A DNA stretch of 61,471 bases, filler included, from Dirinaria sp. TL-2023a (GCA_051941275.1; 8 parts of 8 records of this genome joined end to end with filler, not necessarily neighbours in it), one strand, 5' to 3'. Positions 39,261 through 52,643 are shown, numbered from the whole stretch's first letter. Notes: generated by a model from the sequence alone, not told the origin. Numbers and translations are program-made.

Positions 39261-41945
39261 TTATCCTTCAGTTCGCTGCTCAAATGGCTTGTCATCGGCA
39301 TCGACATATGTACTATCGGTATCCGAACGAGCAAGGGGACGAACCAAATCCGAATTGAGGTCTGCTGCATATCGAGGTTCGCAAGCAACCTTTACAGCGT
39401 CCCACGCGAGCTTCCATCCATCTCGCTTTTCGGGGTTCTCTCCAGCAGTTGAAAGCGCTTCCAGCCGCGCGCTGAGCATGTCGGTGACCGTTTGGCCCGT
39501 ATCTTTTGTCCTCATTTCTCGAGTATCGACGCCCGATAAATCTGCTTTCGCCAAGCAGCGCAGAGTGTCGATCGATCCCCCGATAGCGGCGTAGTGTAGT
39601 ACATTCCACTGACTGTCACGTACGACAGAACAGTCCGCTCCGGCCTCTATGAGCCTTTGCACACATTCATGGCTGTTGTTTGCAACTGCGAGCATGATCG
39701 AAGCATTTCCGTCAAGGGTCTTCGCGTTGACACCAGCGCCACAATCAAGCAATGCATCCAGGCTCGCCAAGTGACCTCTCCAAGACGCCCAATGGAGTGG
39801 AGTCCAGCTTAAATAGTCTTTCCCATCAATCAGCGCCCCAAGGCTAGCAAGACCGGTGATCTGTTCCGAGCTGTTCTGATACTCTGCTGCGAAATGGATC
39901 GGGGTCATGCGGGTTTGGAGTACCGCGCTGCTTATTGCAGCACCAGCCTGTACAAGGACTCGGACTGTTTCGATATTCCCAGTCTGCGCGGCAAGGTGGA
40001 TTGGCTTTGCATTGACATTGTTGGCAATATCGAATGAAGCGCCGTATTCTAGCAGCACGACAACAGATCTGTAATCACCTCGAGCTGACGCCCACGCCAA
40101 TGGAGTGTGACCAGAGCTGTCAACCTCATTGATGTGTGCCGTCGATATCTCTAGCTCGTCGGTGAGATTTTTCCCGATCATGCCAAGAACAATCTTGTGA
40201 AGCGTTGTGAACTGTCTTTCGTCGAGCTCGGCATCGTCGTTGAAGACGCTCCGCAGCAGATGATCCGAATATTCATCAAGGGACCCAGAAAGGATGCGGT
40301 TCCATGCAACGTCAGCGGGTCTTTCCCGACGGACAGACTCGGCGTGCGGGTCTGCGCCAGCATCCTTAAGGAATTTTGCTGTGGGAAGCTGCCCAGCGGT
40401 GAGCGCGTAGTGGAGCAGAGTCCAACCAGTGTCACTTGCGTCATGAGGTGAAGCGTCACCTTGGATGAATAGCTGCTGTAATCGCCGTACGTTGCCACTC
40501 TGAACTTGAATGAAGACTTCATCTAGGCAGGGCCGGATACGTGACATACGCAATATCTTCTCTGGACCATACATACCACCAGAGTACGACACAAGGGTGA
40601 GCATACGTTGGATGAGCGACCAGACTGGGAAATGGTACTGAAGACGCACCGCCGCTTTTTGATGTTTTGCGCAAGCATACTCATTGCATGGCGGTGTGAT
40701 ATTAGAGATCCCAGCGTAACTCACGAGCAACTGTCCAGTGACTTGGCGAAGAAAGTCGGGTGTCTTGAACTTTGAGGAACGGTGACACTGGCAGCTGCAA
40801 GGGCGCTTGCACTGGCTTTTATCGCGATGGGATATATGCAAGGACACTCTTGGCTCGTCGCGCAAGAGCATTTCAGTTGTTTGCGGATGTACAACCCCTT
40901 CGTCTGCGTCGAAGCGCTGCCGTGGCTTTTGCCACGGGGACAAGACGCCTTGTGAAGCGGTAGGAGTCTCTTTAACTGTTTCGACATGGCATTCGAATTC
41001 CGTTGAGCTTCTCATGGATTGACTTCGGGGACGAGCATTGTCTAAATGCAGGAGGCTGTCATCTTGGCTGGCTGGAAGGTCTTCTGAGCTCCTTCGCCTG
41101 GCATTACCTTCGGTTGACGGTGGGTTTATTTCCAGCATGTTTGCTTGTATTGTCTGGCTCATATTTCGCAGCTGCAATTCCATCTCAGCGGCTAGCGCTG
41201 GTCGTTGTTGAATAAGTTCCTCTTGGAGGGCGTTTAAAGTCCTCAGATGGGTGTCGTGCATTGTTCGACCTTCGTAAGCAATCTTTTCGAGCTGGATTTC
41301 GTGATGTCGGCTTTCGGCACTGTGAAGCAAAATTAGCACGTATATTATGATTAGAATTGGCATGAAACAGCTTTGATTGAGCTCTTGGCCACAGAGCTGC
41401 CATCACACTCCATACTGGATCATTAGCTAGTTTTTGAGGTTTATCAATCACGCGTTTATCAAGCGCGGAACAACATGCTCCTGTCTTTTGAAATGGTATC
41501 GGCCCGGTGACATGAGTACTTACGCATTGAAGAGGCTCATGCAAGTCCCCATCTCTGACCTTATATCCCGGAGCTCTTGGCGCAGCCTGTCAAACTCCGA
41601 CTGCCATTTCAGCCAAGCGCTGGCGCGGATCTTATTGCTCGCTGTGGTATCGAGCAAGCTATGTTCAATGTATTTGTGTATTTGCATGATCTTCTTGTAA
41701 GCATTTTCGATGGCTTCCACGATCGAGACTTGACTGATGATGTCGTTGCGAGCACCGCTGTGCATCTGCACAATTTGGTTTATGCCTTCCGCACACGATC
41801 GCAGAGCTAAAATATCGTTCTCCAATGCTTCGAGTTCGTGAGGTGCTTTTCGCAGTTGGTGTAGCTTCTTGATGGTGGATGCTAAGGCGTTACAAGCACC
41901 CATGAAGGTGAGTATGCCTGTAGCTATCGACAAAGGATCTGCCAT
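39261..41945 (-). CDS. HeLo-like N-terminal domain + Cys-rich middle + ankyrin-repeat protein, 2 exons
   Basis: MADPLSIATGILTFMGAC...LRKAPHELEALENDI; intron 41320-41523; repeated G.TPL..A ankyrin motifs; no Walker A seen. Confidence 0.85.
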
Positions 41946-42843
41946 GGAGCCGACCGGTGGAGGGAGGCGGAGAAAAGGAGGCTGTTTGGGACGAAAACAT
42001 GCACGCAAGGCTGACGGACGAGGAGAGAGTATGCAGTATGGTAACCAGCTTCAATTCACGGAAAGCTATGGCAAAGCATGACCGAACAGCTCGCTTCTCC
42101 CCACGCGTTCTCGAGGTGCTTGCAGAAGGCCGACGATCCATCGTGATAGATAGGTAGCCTTTATCTGATGCTTCAAACAAATGTAATAATAGACAGGTCT
42201 GGATAAAGATAGACTCAGGGACAGGCTGGAACTGAGTACGGAGTACGGAGGTATGCCTTCAGTGTCATTGCAGAACGCTATTGGGCTATGCTAGCGCGCT
42301 GCATTAGCCCCTATGCAGCTGGCCCAATCTCGAGGGCACCGTTCCGTGTATCAGGTCATGCCGGCTACAGTCAGTAATTACTGCTTGACGAGTAGCGGTT
42401 CGGACCTTCAAACATTACAGGAAACGCCCATGATCAAAATACTTGATCAGCGAATTCAATGGAACAGCAAGCAGCATGGCTTGAGCAACTCCATTCGGTC
42501 GATTGACGCCTCGAGTGACTGCCAGTGCCAAGAACCTAACGCCATATCGTTAATTCATGCTTTAGCGCAAATGCATCGAGGTCTGGGTTTGCGGTGCGAC
42601 ATCTATCGTGCCATCGCTTCAACAGCGTATCCCTTCCTTCATTACATAGACGAGGAAGGCGTTCACAGAGACCAGCTTGGTGTATGTGGGATTCTTTGGA
42701 ATTGGCTGTCATCCTAATTCGTTAAGTCAGTACGAAGATTCCCATGATTTTCTTGCAAATCTCGCAGAAATCAGACTCTTGAGAGATGTGTAGATGCCTA
42801 TAGCGCTTCGCTGCGTTCCCGTATAGAAAGGGGGTGGCCCTTC

Positions 42844-44749
42844 ATGGCCCACCAGCTTCTCCACTCTCAGCTTGGAAGGATAAATGGATGTCAAGTAACT
42901 CACGATTTTATACAATTCCGAAGTCTGCCATACGCTCAAATTCCACGTAGATTTGCTCGCTCCATCATTCTTGATCGCCTGCCACAAACGACGGGAGAAG
43001 GAGCCTTCTGCTATGACGCCGTTGACTATGGTTCTTGCAGCGTTCAACCCTTGGACAGTATTGCAACTGATGTGCGATGGAATCAATTACCAGAACGTCC
43101 TCAAAGGGACCAAGAGCAGAGCGAAGACTGCTTGAGGCTCACTTTGACTTGTCCAGCGACGGTGCTCGACACTTCTCCAACTTCTTTGCCTGTTGTTGTC
43201 TTTGTCCACGGCGGAGCTTTGATGATTGGATCGGGTATATTTATCCGACATTGCGCCTTCAACCTTGAGATCCTGTACTGACAATATTGCTTTAGGAGAT
43301 AGAGAGTATTACGATCCAATCGCATTCTGCACCAATGCGCTTCATAGCTCGAAACCCATCATCTTTGCTTCCATTAACTACCGCCTGGGTGCACTTGGTT
43401 TTCTCCACTGTCCGGAAGCTGCGGAGTACCTCCCGTCAAACAATGGGTATGTCATCGATACTCCTGGATATTTTGAACGTTTGCGTAACTGTTGGCTGCT
43501 GCCAGTAGCTTTCAGCGGCCACGAAGGATACCCAACAGCGTTCTCAGATTTCTCTTCGTACTTGGAGAATTTCTTGCGCTGATGATATCAATTTAGACTC
43601 TATGACCAGATCCTCGCATTCGAATGGATTCGAAAATTCATTGCAGGATTCGGAGGTGATCCGGAGAATGTGACTGCGATAGGACAATCTGCTGGCGCCG
43701 CCAGTCTTTCCTTGCATAGTGCACGCATTCGAAGCCAGCCATTGTACCAGAAAGCTATCATTCTTGCAGGCTCAACCACAGTCCTGGTCACTATGACCCC
43801 GGAAGAGCATCAAAGAGAATTTCTGTATCAGGCCGAGAAGCTTGGCATTAAAACGTATGAACGCTCAATGGCCGATGTCGCCGTGGAGGTAATCGATGCG
43901 CCGATTGATGCCATTCGACGCCTCGACTACTGCGGCGCGCCATGCTCATCAAGTGAGCTCATTCCTGAAAATAATTGGGCAACTATGGAGCACGCACGAC
44001 ATGCAAGACCGAATGCTTGGTTAAAGTCTCAAATACTGTGCTCTTCAACTTACGATGGCTCGATCTCCTACCTTGTCGCCAAGGGACAAGAACGAACCCA
44101 GCTCGCAAAAATATTTGCGGCCATTTGTCGGGCAAAGCTAAAAGATCCGCAGTGTCTGTTGAATATATGCCAGATATCGGAGGACGACGATGACGATTCT
44201 GCTTTGGAGAAAATCTGCCAAGCGGTAACAGACGTCGGCTTCTATGGAGCAGCCCTCAATGGCCTCCTAGGCGCTGCTGGAAGCTTTGAAATGAAAAGTT
44301 ATTTCCTGATCTTTGACATCGGCAATCCGTTTCCAGTACTGCTCGAGAGCGGCCGCTTCGCAACACATACATGGGACATTGTGTCACTTCTGGGCGCGTA
44401 TGATGATATGTTGCCTGAGGACTGCCGTCACGGTATATCTGAATGGCGGAGAACCGTGTTGACTTACTGCTATACAGCAGAGCTTCCATGTGAAGTCTGG
44501 CGGCGAGCCTCTCAGACGGCCTTGCTAGTTTGTAAAGATGGCATCAAGTGTCTCGATCATAAGATGCTGGCTAAGAGTAGAGCTCAGAAATTGCTGCAAT
44601 TTGCTGAGCAAGAAGGTGGAGAACGCGGACTTGACTTACTATGGGAGAATGTCCTTCGCTTCTTCCTTAAAACTGGCAACCCACGTTATTCGCACGAAGC
44701 CTCAGACATCATTGGAAAGTATAGCCTAGAGAGTCAGACTTCGAGCTGA
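42844..44749 (+). CDS. Carboxylesterase type B (alpha/beta hydrolase), 3 exons
   Basis: SEDCLRL, FVHGGA, NYRLGALGF, FGGDPENVTAIGQSAG, His motif ATHTWD; introns 43235-43295 and 43447-43596. Confidence 0.93.
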
Positions 44750-46133
44750 GATCCAGTTGTTCACTGCAGTTTTTGGTCAATGAGCCGTTGCGCGTACAAT
44801 TCTCATCCGATGTTGATAAATCATAGAGCTGCTGCGCCGGCCGCGCCGGCCGCGAGAGCAGTCACAGCTCCAGCCCCTCACAAGGTCCAGAACCATGTCA
44901 TTGTTGCACAAGCAAGCAGTGTGGAATGATGAGAAAGTTCATTGGATTAGTTGGTAGGAGAGACGGTCTAACGTAAGTAGAGAGGTATCCGCTGGAACGG
45001 CAGCCAGGCGAGCGCCAAGGTACGATACTACCGTAAGATCAGGTATTGGCAGACACATTCCCTTAGGGATTCGCGTCACCAACTTTTGTTGGCAAGTCTC
45101 TATCTACTACTGGCTCAATCATCCTGGGTAGCAGTGTGATTTCTAAGTGAGCTTCATAGGAGGAAAACATCTATTTACTCAATATTCTCTTGCATGTCTC
45201 ACAATACCACGCCATGACTCTTAAACAGACAGGACATGGCAGTGGAGGATCTCTAGTTGCGTGTGAAGTAACTCTTCTCTTCTTCTCATATCTGGGTTCC
45301 AGCTGCTTGGCCAAGAAGTATATGTAGCTCTCTTATTTCCGAATCAAGCAAATCATGTACCTGCGAACAGAATGGACAAATGTATACGGAGGCCCTCCCC
45401 TTCCATCTTGAGATCGAGGCTCATTTGACAGGCACACAAGTTCGTGAGTATTGTTACCCTTACCCAATACCGTAAGGGGGGGATTTGCATAGAGCTGAGT
45501 CTTGATTATTAATGGCCATTGGTATCACCCGTACCTTTTTAGATAATCACTTCCTCAATTCGTGGTTTGAGACAGACTATATTTTTCCTTAGAGATGGCG
45601 ATTAAATAAGCGAAGAGTTGAACCAGGCTCCACATTTATCTCTGTGGATGTTTTTGACTCATACAGACTGGGCTTGAAAGATTGTTTTGACAGAGCTCAG
45701 TCTAGTGCTTGTGCTGAGGCCTTCAATTTGCCACAGATGGTCGAGGATTGTAGAGGAATTCTCCAACCTAGATTTGTTCAAAGATGCAAAAGCAAAGCTT
45801 TCTGACTGTAGAAGACTGTGAACACGTATGTGGGGATTAAAATATGTATGTATACGTAAATCTATGTATCTGCCGGATGTGAGATATCCAGCACGTCTAT
45901 CGTCCTGGCCCAGATGGAAAAAAGCTATCATTATCTTGATCCTTAGATGACTACGTAGCAGGATATAGAAAATTGCAATTCAATATATGATAAATACGCC
46001 GTTCTAAGCCTGCAAGATGATTGTGTTGGCTGTTGAATCAATCCAAGTGTTGTAGAGTTTAAAGTATATATATAATAATTGTGACAAAATCCCCAAGGTT
46101 ACCACGTAGCAAGGTGGTGGTGTAGCGGTAAAG

Positions 46134-46233
46134 NNNNNNNNNNNNNNNNNNNNNNNNNNNNNNNNNNNNNNNNNNNNTTAATTAATTAANNNNNNNNNNN
46201 NNNNNNNNNNNNNNNNNNNNNNNNNNNNNNNNN
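46134..46233. other. Assembly spacer with stop linker
   Basis: N run with TTAATTAATTAA at 46178-46189. Confidence 0.99.
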
Positions 46234-47178
46234 GGGCTTGTCTTGTGGGAGATTGGGGGTGTTAGCGAGGTTATGCCTGTGTATAAAGTACATGAGGTTT
46301 TGGAGGGATTGGAACGCACTTCTTATATGCATCGCGGATCTGTTGCTGAGTCGCGTTCGGGGAGACTTCGAGGATCTTGTCTATGCTAGGTTTTAGAACC
46401 GCGTGGGAAGCTTTTGCGTGGGGATATACGAACAGTAATCTACCGGTGCATCTGATATAGTGGTCTGAGATTAGCTAGAGAGCTTTGTAGTTGATGGGTG
46501 GAAAACGTCATACCTGACATGATGCGGAAGTGCACTATTTATTAAAGCTGTGCAGCTTGTATGTAGGTGTGCTCTAGGTAATTGTCTGCGATAGCTTGAG
46601 CTAGAGTGCGTGGTATGCGGTGTAAAAGAGTAACTCTCTGTAGGTACTGTATGTATGTACTTGGTCATGCTGTCGTCGCGGGGCCACATGAGGGCAGGAC
46701 TGGCAGCCTAGCGAGCTTAGCAGGCAGGCAATGACGGAATTGGCTCCGTCAAGCTACCTTAAGGTAGGGACTGTAAGGTAGGGGTGGCAGTGTAGCCCGT
46801 GCAGGTAAGGTATGAACCCTGATCGGCGGGGCTGGGGGAGCTTCCGAGGTTGCCGATTGCGTTTGTTGCCAAGTTTTGGACTTGGCAGAGTCGCAGCTCA
46901 ATGCAAGGCAATGCTTCACTCCCGCACCGGCAATAATCTCCCTCCATTGGATATCCGACGTACTCGTACATAGACACTCAATTGTCTCTCTTTTCTCCTC
47001 CTTCTCCTTCTCCTTCTGTTCGTTCTTGTATTCTCTCTTGCCTTTACCCGTTTGGTGCTTAGGCCAGAATCCTGTAACGGGAAACATATCGTGCCAAAAA
47101 AAAGCAATCAGTCACTCCTCGTTGTGACTACACATTGGAGTGGAAACGACTGATTGGACAGCCCCGCCATATTCCAGC

Positions 47179-48903
47179 ATGAGCAACGAAAAAGAAGACC
47201 ACGCGAAGAAGCAACCCGCCCACAACCAGAGCGCCGCCTACGCCGAGAAAGCTGTCCACAAAGCCGACAGCCTTCACGAGAAGGCAGCCAAGCATGGCAA
47301 GGGAAACAAACCAGACGGCCAGCCCGCCGGTGGGTTCGATGACACCCCCGTGCCGCGGGCGCCGCCGGGCTATACTGTGAAATTCACTTTCCACAGGGCG
47401 ACGAGCCTCCCAATGGCCGACCTCAACTCATTGTCCTCGGATCCGTACGTCCTAGCGCAATTGAACACTCGCTTACAGCCGAGGCATAAACAGGATCCGA
47501 ACATGCGGTTCCGCACACCCACGATCAGGAGATCCACTGAACCGGTCTGGAACGCGGAATGGATTGTCGCCAACGTACCCGCGACCGGCTTCGCGCTCAA
47601 GGCAAGGATATACGATGAGGATCCAGCGGACCACGATGATCGACTGGGCAACGTGCACGTTCACGTGGACAGTGTGCGGGAAGGATGGGAAGGGATCAAA
47701 GAGCAGGCTTTCAAAATCAAGAAGCGCATGGGCAGCAAACGGGCGTATCTGGTCCGCGGGTGCGCGGCGATGTTTTCTCGCAACATCCAAATGTCAGGAG
47801 ACCTGGTCGTCAGCGTGGAAGTTCTAGGCAAGACCGAATCCGACAACGGAGGCCGGTGCTGGACCGTCGGACCCTGCGCGTGGAGCCAGCATCTCAGTCC
47901 CATGATCGGCCGAATCACCGGAACCAAGGAGCCCGGCGAGCAAGGCAAAGCCGAGAAATACAACTTCCAAGCCAACCAGATCCAGCTGCAAGGGCCCGTC
48001 CCTCCCGAGCTCTACCACCGCTATGTCGAATTCAAACCGTTCGTCGCCGGCATGTTCACCTCCAAATCGCTGCGCGGGCGCATCCTCAACCGCGCCCTGC
48101 ACCATCAACACTCACGGGTGTACAACTACGACCGCACAACCGTATACGGCTCCTTCCCTTCCCCCTCGAAAGAAATGACTTTGAAATTCCTCGACCTCGT
48201 GCACTGGGACAAAGGCGGCCGCATCTTCACCTACGTCCTCACCCTCGACGGACAATGGCGGTTCACGGAAACCGGTAAAGAGTTCGGCATCGACCTGTTG
48301 TCAAAGCATACCATGCACAGCGACGTGAACATCTACATCGCCTTCTCGGGCGAATTCTTCATCCGCCGCCTCCAATCCCCCCACCGCGGCGGGCCTGACG
48401 CGCAAGGCCAAGAAACGCACCCGCCCGTGGAAATCGAAGGCGGGCCCCCGAAAGCCGATCCCCCGCGTGACGCGGCGTATTACGCCCTCGTCATCGACAA
48501 CGACAGCGGCACTTACAGGCCGAATGCGAAGATGCTGCCGCAGTTGAAATCGTTCATGCAGCGCAATTTGCCCGGTATGAAGATCACGACGCTCGATTGC
48601 CAAGGCGATGCGGAGCGGATGAACGAGATGAAGACGCAGCAGCGCGAACGGAAAAAAGCCGAGGGCAAGGGAGTGCAGTATATCCAGGACTCGGATGGAG
48701 AGATCAGCAGCAGTGATGAAGAGAGCTTGGATCGCGCCGAGGGGAGGGCGACGGGTGGCAATGGGAGGAGGAAGAAGGTTAAGAGGAAGGCGAGGCAGCC
48801 GAAAACGGCGCTCGGCCAGTGGAGGCAGGGCGACAAGGAGCGGGAGAAGAGGGAGGAGGAGGACGATATGGCCGGGGTACGGAACGGTGGACCCGGTGCA
48901 TGA
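47179..48903 (+). CDS. C2-domain protein with a C-terminal domain of unknown function
   Basis: LPMADLNSLSSDPYV, PVWNAEW, IYDEDPADHDDRLG C2 signature; intronless and GC3-rich. Confidence 0.88.
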   Translation: MSNEKEDHAKKQPAHNQSAAYAEKAVHKADSLHEKAAKHGKGNKPDGQPAGGFDDTPVPRAPPGYTVKFTFHRATSLPMADLNSLSSDPYVLAQLNTRLQPRHKQDPNMRFRTPTIRRSTEPVWNAEWIVANVPATGFALKARIYDEDPADHDDRLGNVHVHVDSVREGWEGIKEQAFKIKKRMGSKRAYLVRGCAAMFSRNIQMSGDLVVSVEVLGKTESDNGGRCWTVGPCAWSQHLSPMIGRITGTKEPGEQGKAEKYNFQANQIQLQGPVPPELYHRYVEFKPFVAGMFTSKSLRGRILNRALHHQHSRVYNYDRTTVYGSFPSPSKEMTLKFLDLVHWDKGGRIFTYVLTLDGQWRFTETGKEFGIDLLSKHTMHSDVNIYIAFSGEFFIRRLQSPHRGGPDAQGQETHPPVEIEGGPPKADPPRDAAYYALVIDNDSGTYRPNAKMLPQLKSFMQRNLPGMKITTLDCQGDAERMNEMKTQQRERKKAEGKGVQYIQDSDGEISSSDEESLDRAEGRATGGNGRRKKVKRKARQPKTALGQWRQGDKEREKREEEDDMAGVRNGGPGA

Positions 48904-49279
48904 GATGGCTGAGGATGTTGCTTTTTTGGCGCTGCGGTTTCGTGACGCATGCTTAATCTCAAGATTCCCCTCATAGTCTGGCGCGATTGTTTCGGTGAGT
49001 GGACGTAGATGGTGATGGATAAAGGCTCGCACACTAATATAAAGTGCTTGCTGTCGTCTAGAGCTGGAGTTTCTCCAACCGCTGCCAGGCTGTAATTTAA
49101 GTCACATTCTGCTCATGAACCAAGATCTATTATCTTCATTATTGAATTGTAGTAGTCTCACACCAAGGGTATCCTTACCATCAGTGATTGCATGCAGTCA
49201 CAAACATCAATGATCTATTGTCCACGTTACCATTCGGTCGAAAGGGACGTACTTTTTGGGTCAGTACTTTCGTCGCAGA

Positions 49280-50789
49280 CTAGCCCGTTTCAGCTTCTAT
49301 GCAGATCTGCCCTGCAACCTCTCCCTTCTCAAACAGCTTTGTGAGATCAAACCCCTCAGCGCCCCTCTCGACGAATCCAACCTCCGTCGCGATCCCATCA
49401 ATCAGTTCTGCAGGCGTAACATCGAAAGCCGGGTTCCAGGCCCTAGTATTCGCAGCCGCGATACTAATCTGGACCGATTCCCCGGTGTACACCTCCACCG
49501 CTCCTGAGTCATCGGGTTTCTTGACCACAGGTGGGCCCCTGGCCGTGGTGACTTCCCCCTGCGGACGCTCCTCGATGACGATATCCTGCCCCGACTTCGT
49601 GGCCAGATCGATCGTGGTACGGGGAGCGGCGACGATGAATATCACCCCGTGGTAGCGCGCCAGAATTGCGAGGCTGTATGTCCCGATTTTGTTCGCTGTG
49701 TCTCCGTTCGCGGCGACGCGGTCAGCCCCTACTACCACGGCTGCGATGTTCGAGGAATGCTTTTTTAGTTGCAGGAGGGCCCCGGCCATGGAGTCTGTTA
49801 TTAGTGTGCAGGGGATATTGTCGTGGAGTAGTTCGTAGCCTGTTAGTCGGCTGCCTTGGTTGTAGGGCCGGGTTTCGGTGTAGTAGACGTGTTGTAATTT
49901 GGAGTGGGAGTGCAGGGTGCGGATTATTCCCAGGGCGGTGCCGTAGCCTGCTGTTGCTAGAGAGCTTTGTGAAGGGAAGGGTTAGAATGAGAGCGAGGGA
50001 TGGAAAAGTATGGTCACTGAAGTAACTGAATGGGGATTTGAGGATCGTTGATCTTGAATCTTGCAAGATGTCAAACATTGAATATGGGAGAATGAGACGT
50101 CAACAATTGGCCGCTTGGCCGCCGCTTGTCTACGAGCAGCGTATTCATTTCCACGGCTCACTCTTCTTCCCCTTCGTTTTTAAGGTTTTAGAGGTCGAAA
50201 GAGAGAGCAAGAGAACATCGCAATGAGACTCGTCTGCGCGGAACAAGTAAGAGATGAGGACATACCCAGTATTGCAGTGGGTCAAGATACTGATGCCCTT
50301 AGCTGCTGTGGGTGCTTCTGTGCTCCCCAGCAGCCATTTCGCCCCGAATTCACCTATGCTCTGGTTATCTTGGACATCATCGATGAGCATTTGCTCAGCT
50401 GCCTCAATGTATGCATTTGTGATGCTTGATGCCGTAGCATCAGCCTCTTTAGCAGCAAGCAACACAACGCGGCTCAGCTTTGCAGCAGCATCGGCCAGAT
50501 TAACTGCAGTTGGCCTACTTGTGACCAGATACGTCAGAGAATCCTGGAGTAGTTCAGGTCCTATGTGCATTTGATTTCTCTGCTCCACTCCGTATCGGAT
50601 GCACCAGACTGCCAGGCTAAGAGCGGCCACCATGGCTATTGCCGGAGCACCGCGGACTTGCATGTTCTTAATGGCGGCCCACGCATCCTGGGGGCTTGAA
50701 ATATCTAGATAGACTTCTTCGTAGGGGAGTTTTAGCTGGTCCAAAATCTCGAGCTTGCCGCGTTTGTATTTGATGGCTTGAAGCACCAT
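49280..50789 (-). CDS. MRI1: Methylthioribose-1-phosphate isomerase, 2 exons
   Basis: [59 protein letters not shown]; intron 49965-50265. Confidence 0.97.
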
Positions 50790-51289
50790 AGTTTTTTTGA
50801 TCAATTTCTTGTCAAGCTTAGTTGAGAATACATAGGTTCTAGATTAGTAGTTGTAAGCAAAGCAAGCGATTGTACGGTAATCCAAAATCGGTTGATATGT
50901 CCAATGGATGTGGTGAAGTCTTGCTAAGTGAAAGGAGAAGTTCACTCATGAGGTATCGCGTAGTCGTCGAACCCTAGATTCCAAGAAGGCTCACTTAGGG
51001 TATATGATAATTCGATGGTCTTGGCAAAGCTGGGTGAGCTTCCAGCCAGAGTGCTTGAAGGCAAAAGAACTTCATTCAACTATCAATGAAGCTTTCTGTA
51101 CTACCATTTCCCCCCCATAGTCCATTCCTGTTAATCTGGTAGGAACCACTGGCACGCAACATCAAGCCTGGAGTACTGAAGTGTCCTCACGAGCTGAATC
51201 ACAGATACTGGAAAATCTTTAGATTGAAGAGCATAACACATCGGGCTACCTTTTCGCTTTTTGACTCTCCCTAGATCCTCTGTGCAAAG

Positions 51290-52643
51290 ATGGACGGCGG
51301 TGGAGATCCAGAAAGAGCGGATGCTCTCGAGGGATACAAGAAGAAGCTTTTAGAGTCTCGCGAGATGGAGGCAAAGTTGAAGGCTCTGCGACTGGACATT
51401 AAAGGATTACAGAAGGATTTCGACACCACTGAAGATAATATCAAGGCGCTCCAAAGTGTAGGGCAGATAATAGGCGAGGTTCTCAAGCAACTAGATGAGG
51501 AAAGGTGTAAGCTCTTCTCCTTGACCTGGATTCTTGGTGCAACTGCTGATCCTTAGCGGACAGTCATCGTCAAGGCTTCCTCGGGTCCCAGATATGTTGT
51601 CGGATGCCGCTCGAAAGTCGATAAAGCGAAACTCAAGCAGGGTACCCGCGTCGCATTAGATATGACTACTCTTACAATAATGCGGATGCTCCCCCGAGAG
51701 GTCGATCCTCTCGTCTATAATATGTCACTTGAAGATCCTGGCCAGGTTAGCTTTGGCGGTATCGGTGGATTGAACGAGCAGATAAGAGAACTACGTGAAG
51801 TTATAGAGCTGCCACTGAAGAACCCTGAGCTTTTCTTGAGGGTCGGTATCAAGCCACCAAAGGGCGTACTGCTGTATGGGCCACCGGGTACCGGCAAGAC
51901 GCTGTTGGCCCGAGCCGTAGCCAGTGGCATGGAAACGAATTTCCTCAAAGGTATACCCACGGCGCGCAGCAGTTATTTAGCTCTCTGTTTTGAATGCTAA
52001 CACACCTTAGTCGTGTCATCGGCTATAGTAGATAAGTACATCGGCGAGTCAGCAAGACTGATCAGAGAAATGTTCGGCTATGCCAAGGAGCACGAGCCTT
52101 GCATCATATTCATGGATGAAATCGATGCAATCGGTGGGAGACGGTTCTCGGAAGGCACATCGGCGGACCGAGAAATTCAGCGAACATTGATGGAGCTTTT
52201 GAATCAGCTTGATGGGTTCGATTACTTGGGAAAGACTAAGATCATCATGGCCACAAACCGTCCCGACACCCTCGATCCAGCATTGTTACGAGCAGGCCGC
52301 CTTGACCGGAAGATCGAGATTCCCTTACCAAATGAGGTCGGCCGACTTGAGATCTTGAAAATCCACACCAGCGGTACGGCTCTGGATGGCGAAATCGATT
52401 TCGAGAGCATTGTCAAAATGAGTGATCAGCTCAATGGTGCGGATCTACGGAATGTGGTTACTGAAGCGTAAGTCGTTTTATTCTTTCCATGGAAAGACCG
52501 TGGCTAACGGGTGCTCGTCTAGGGGACTATTCGCCGTTAAGGAGGAGAGGGAATCAATCAACCAAGATGATTTCAACAAGGCGGTGAGGAAGGTTGCGGA
52601 ATCTAAGAAGCTTGAAGGGAAATTAGAGTATCAGAAACTATAA
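51290..52643 (+). CDS. RPT4: 26S proteasome regulatory ATPase Rpt4 (subunit 10B), 4 exons
   Basis: [74 protein letters not shown]. Confidence 0.97.
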
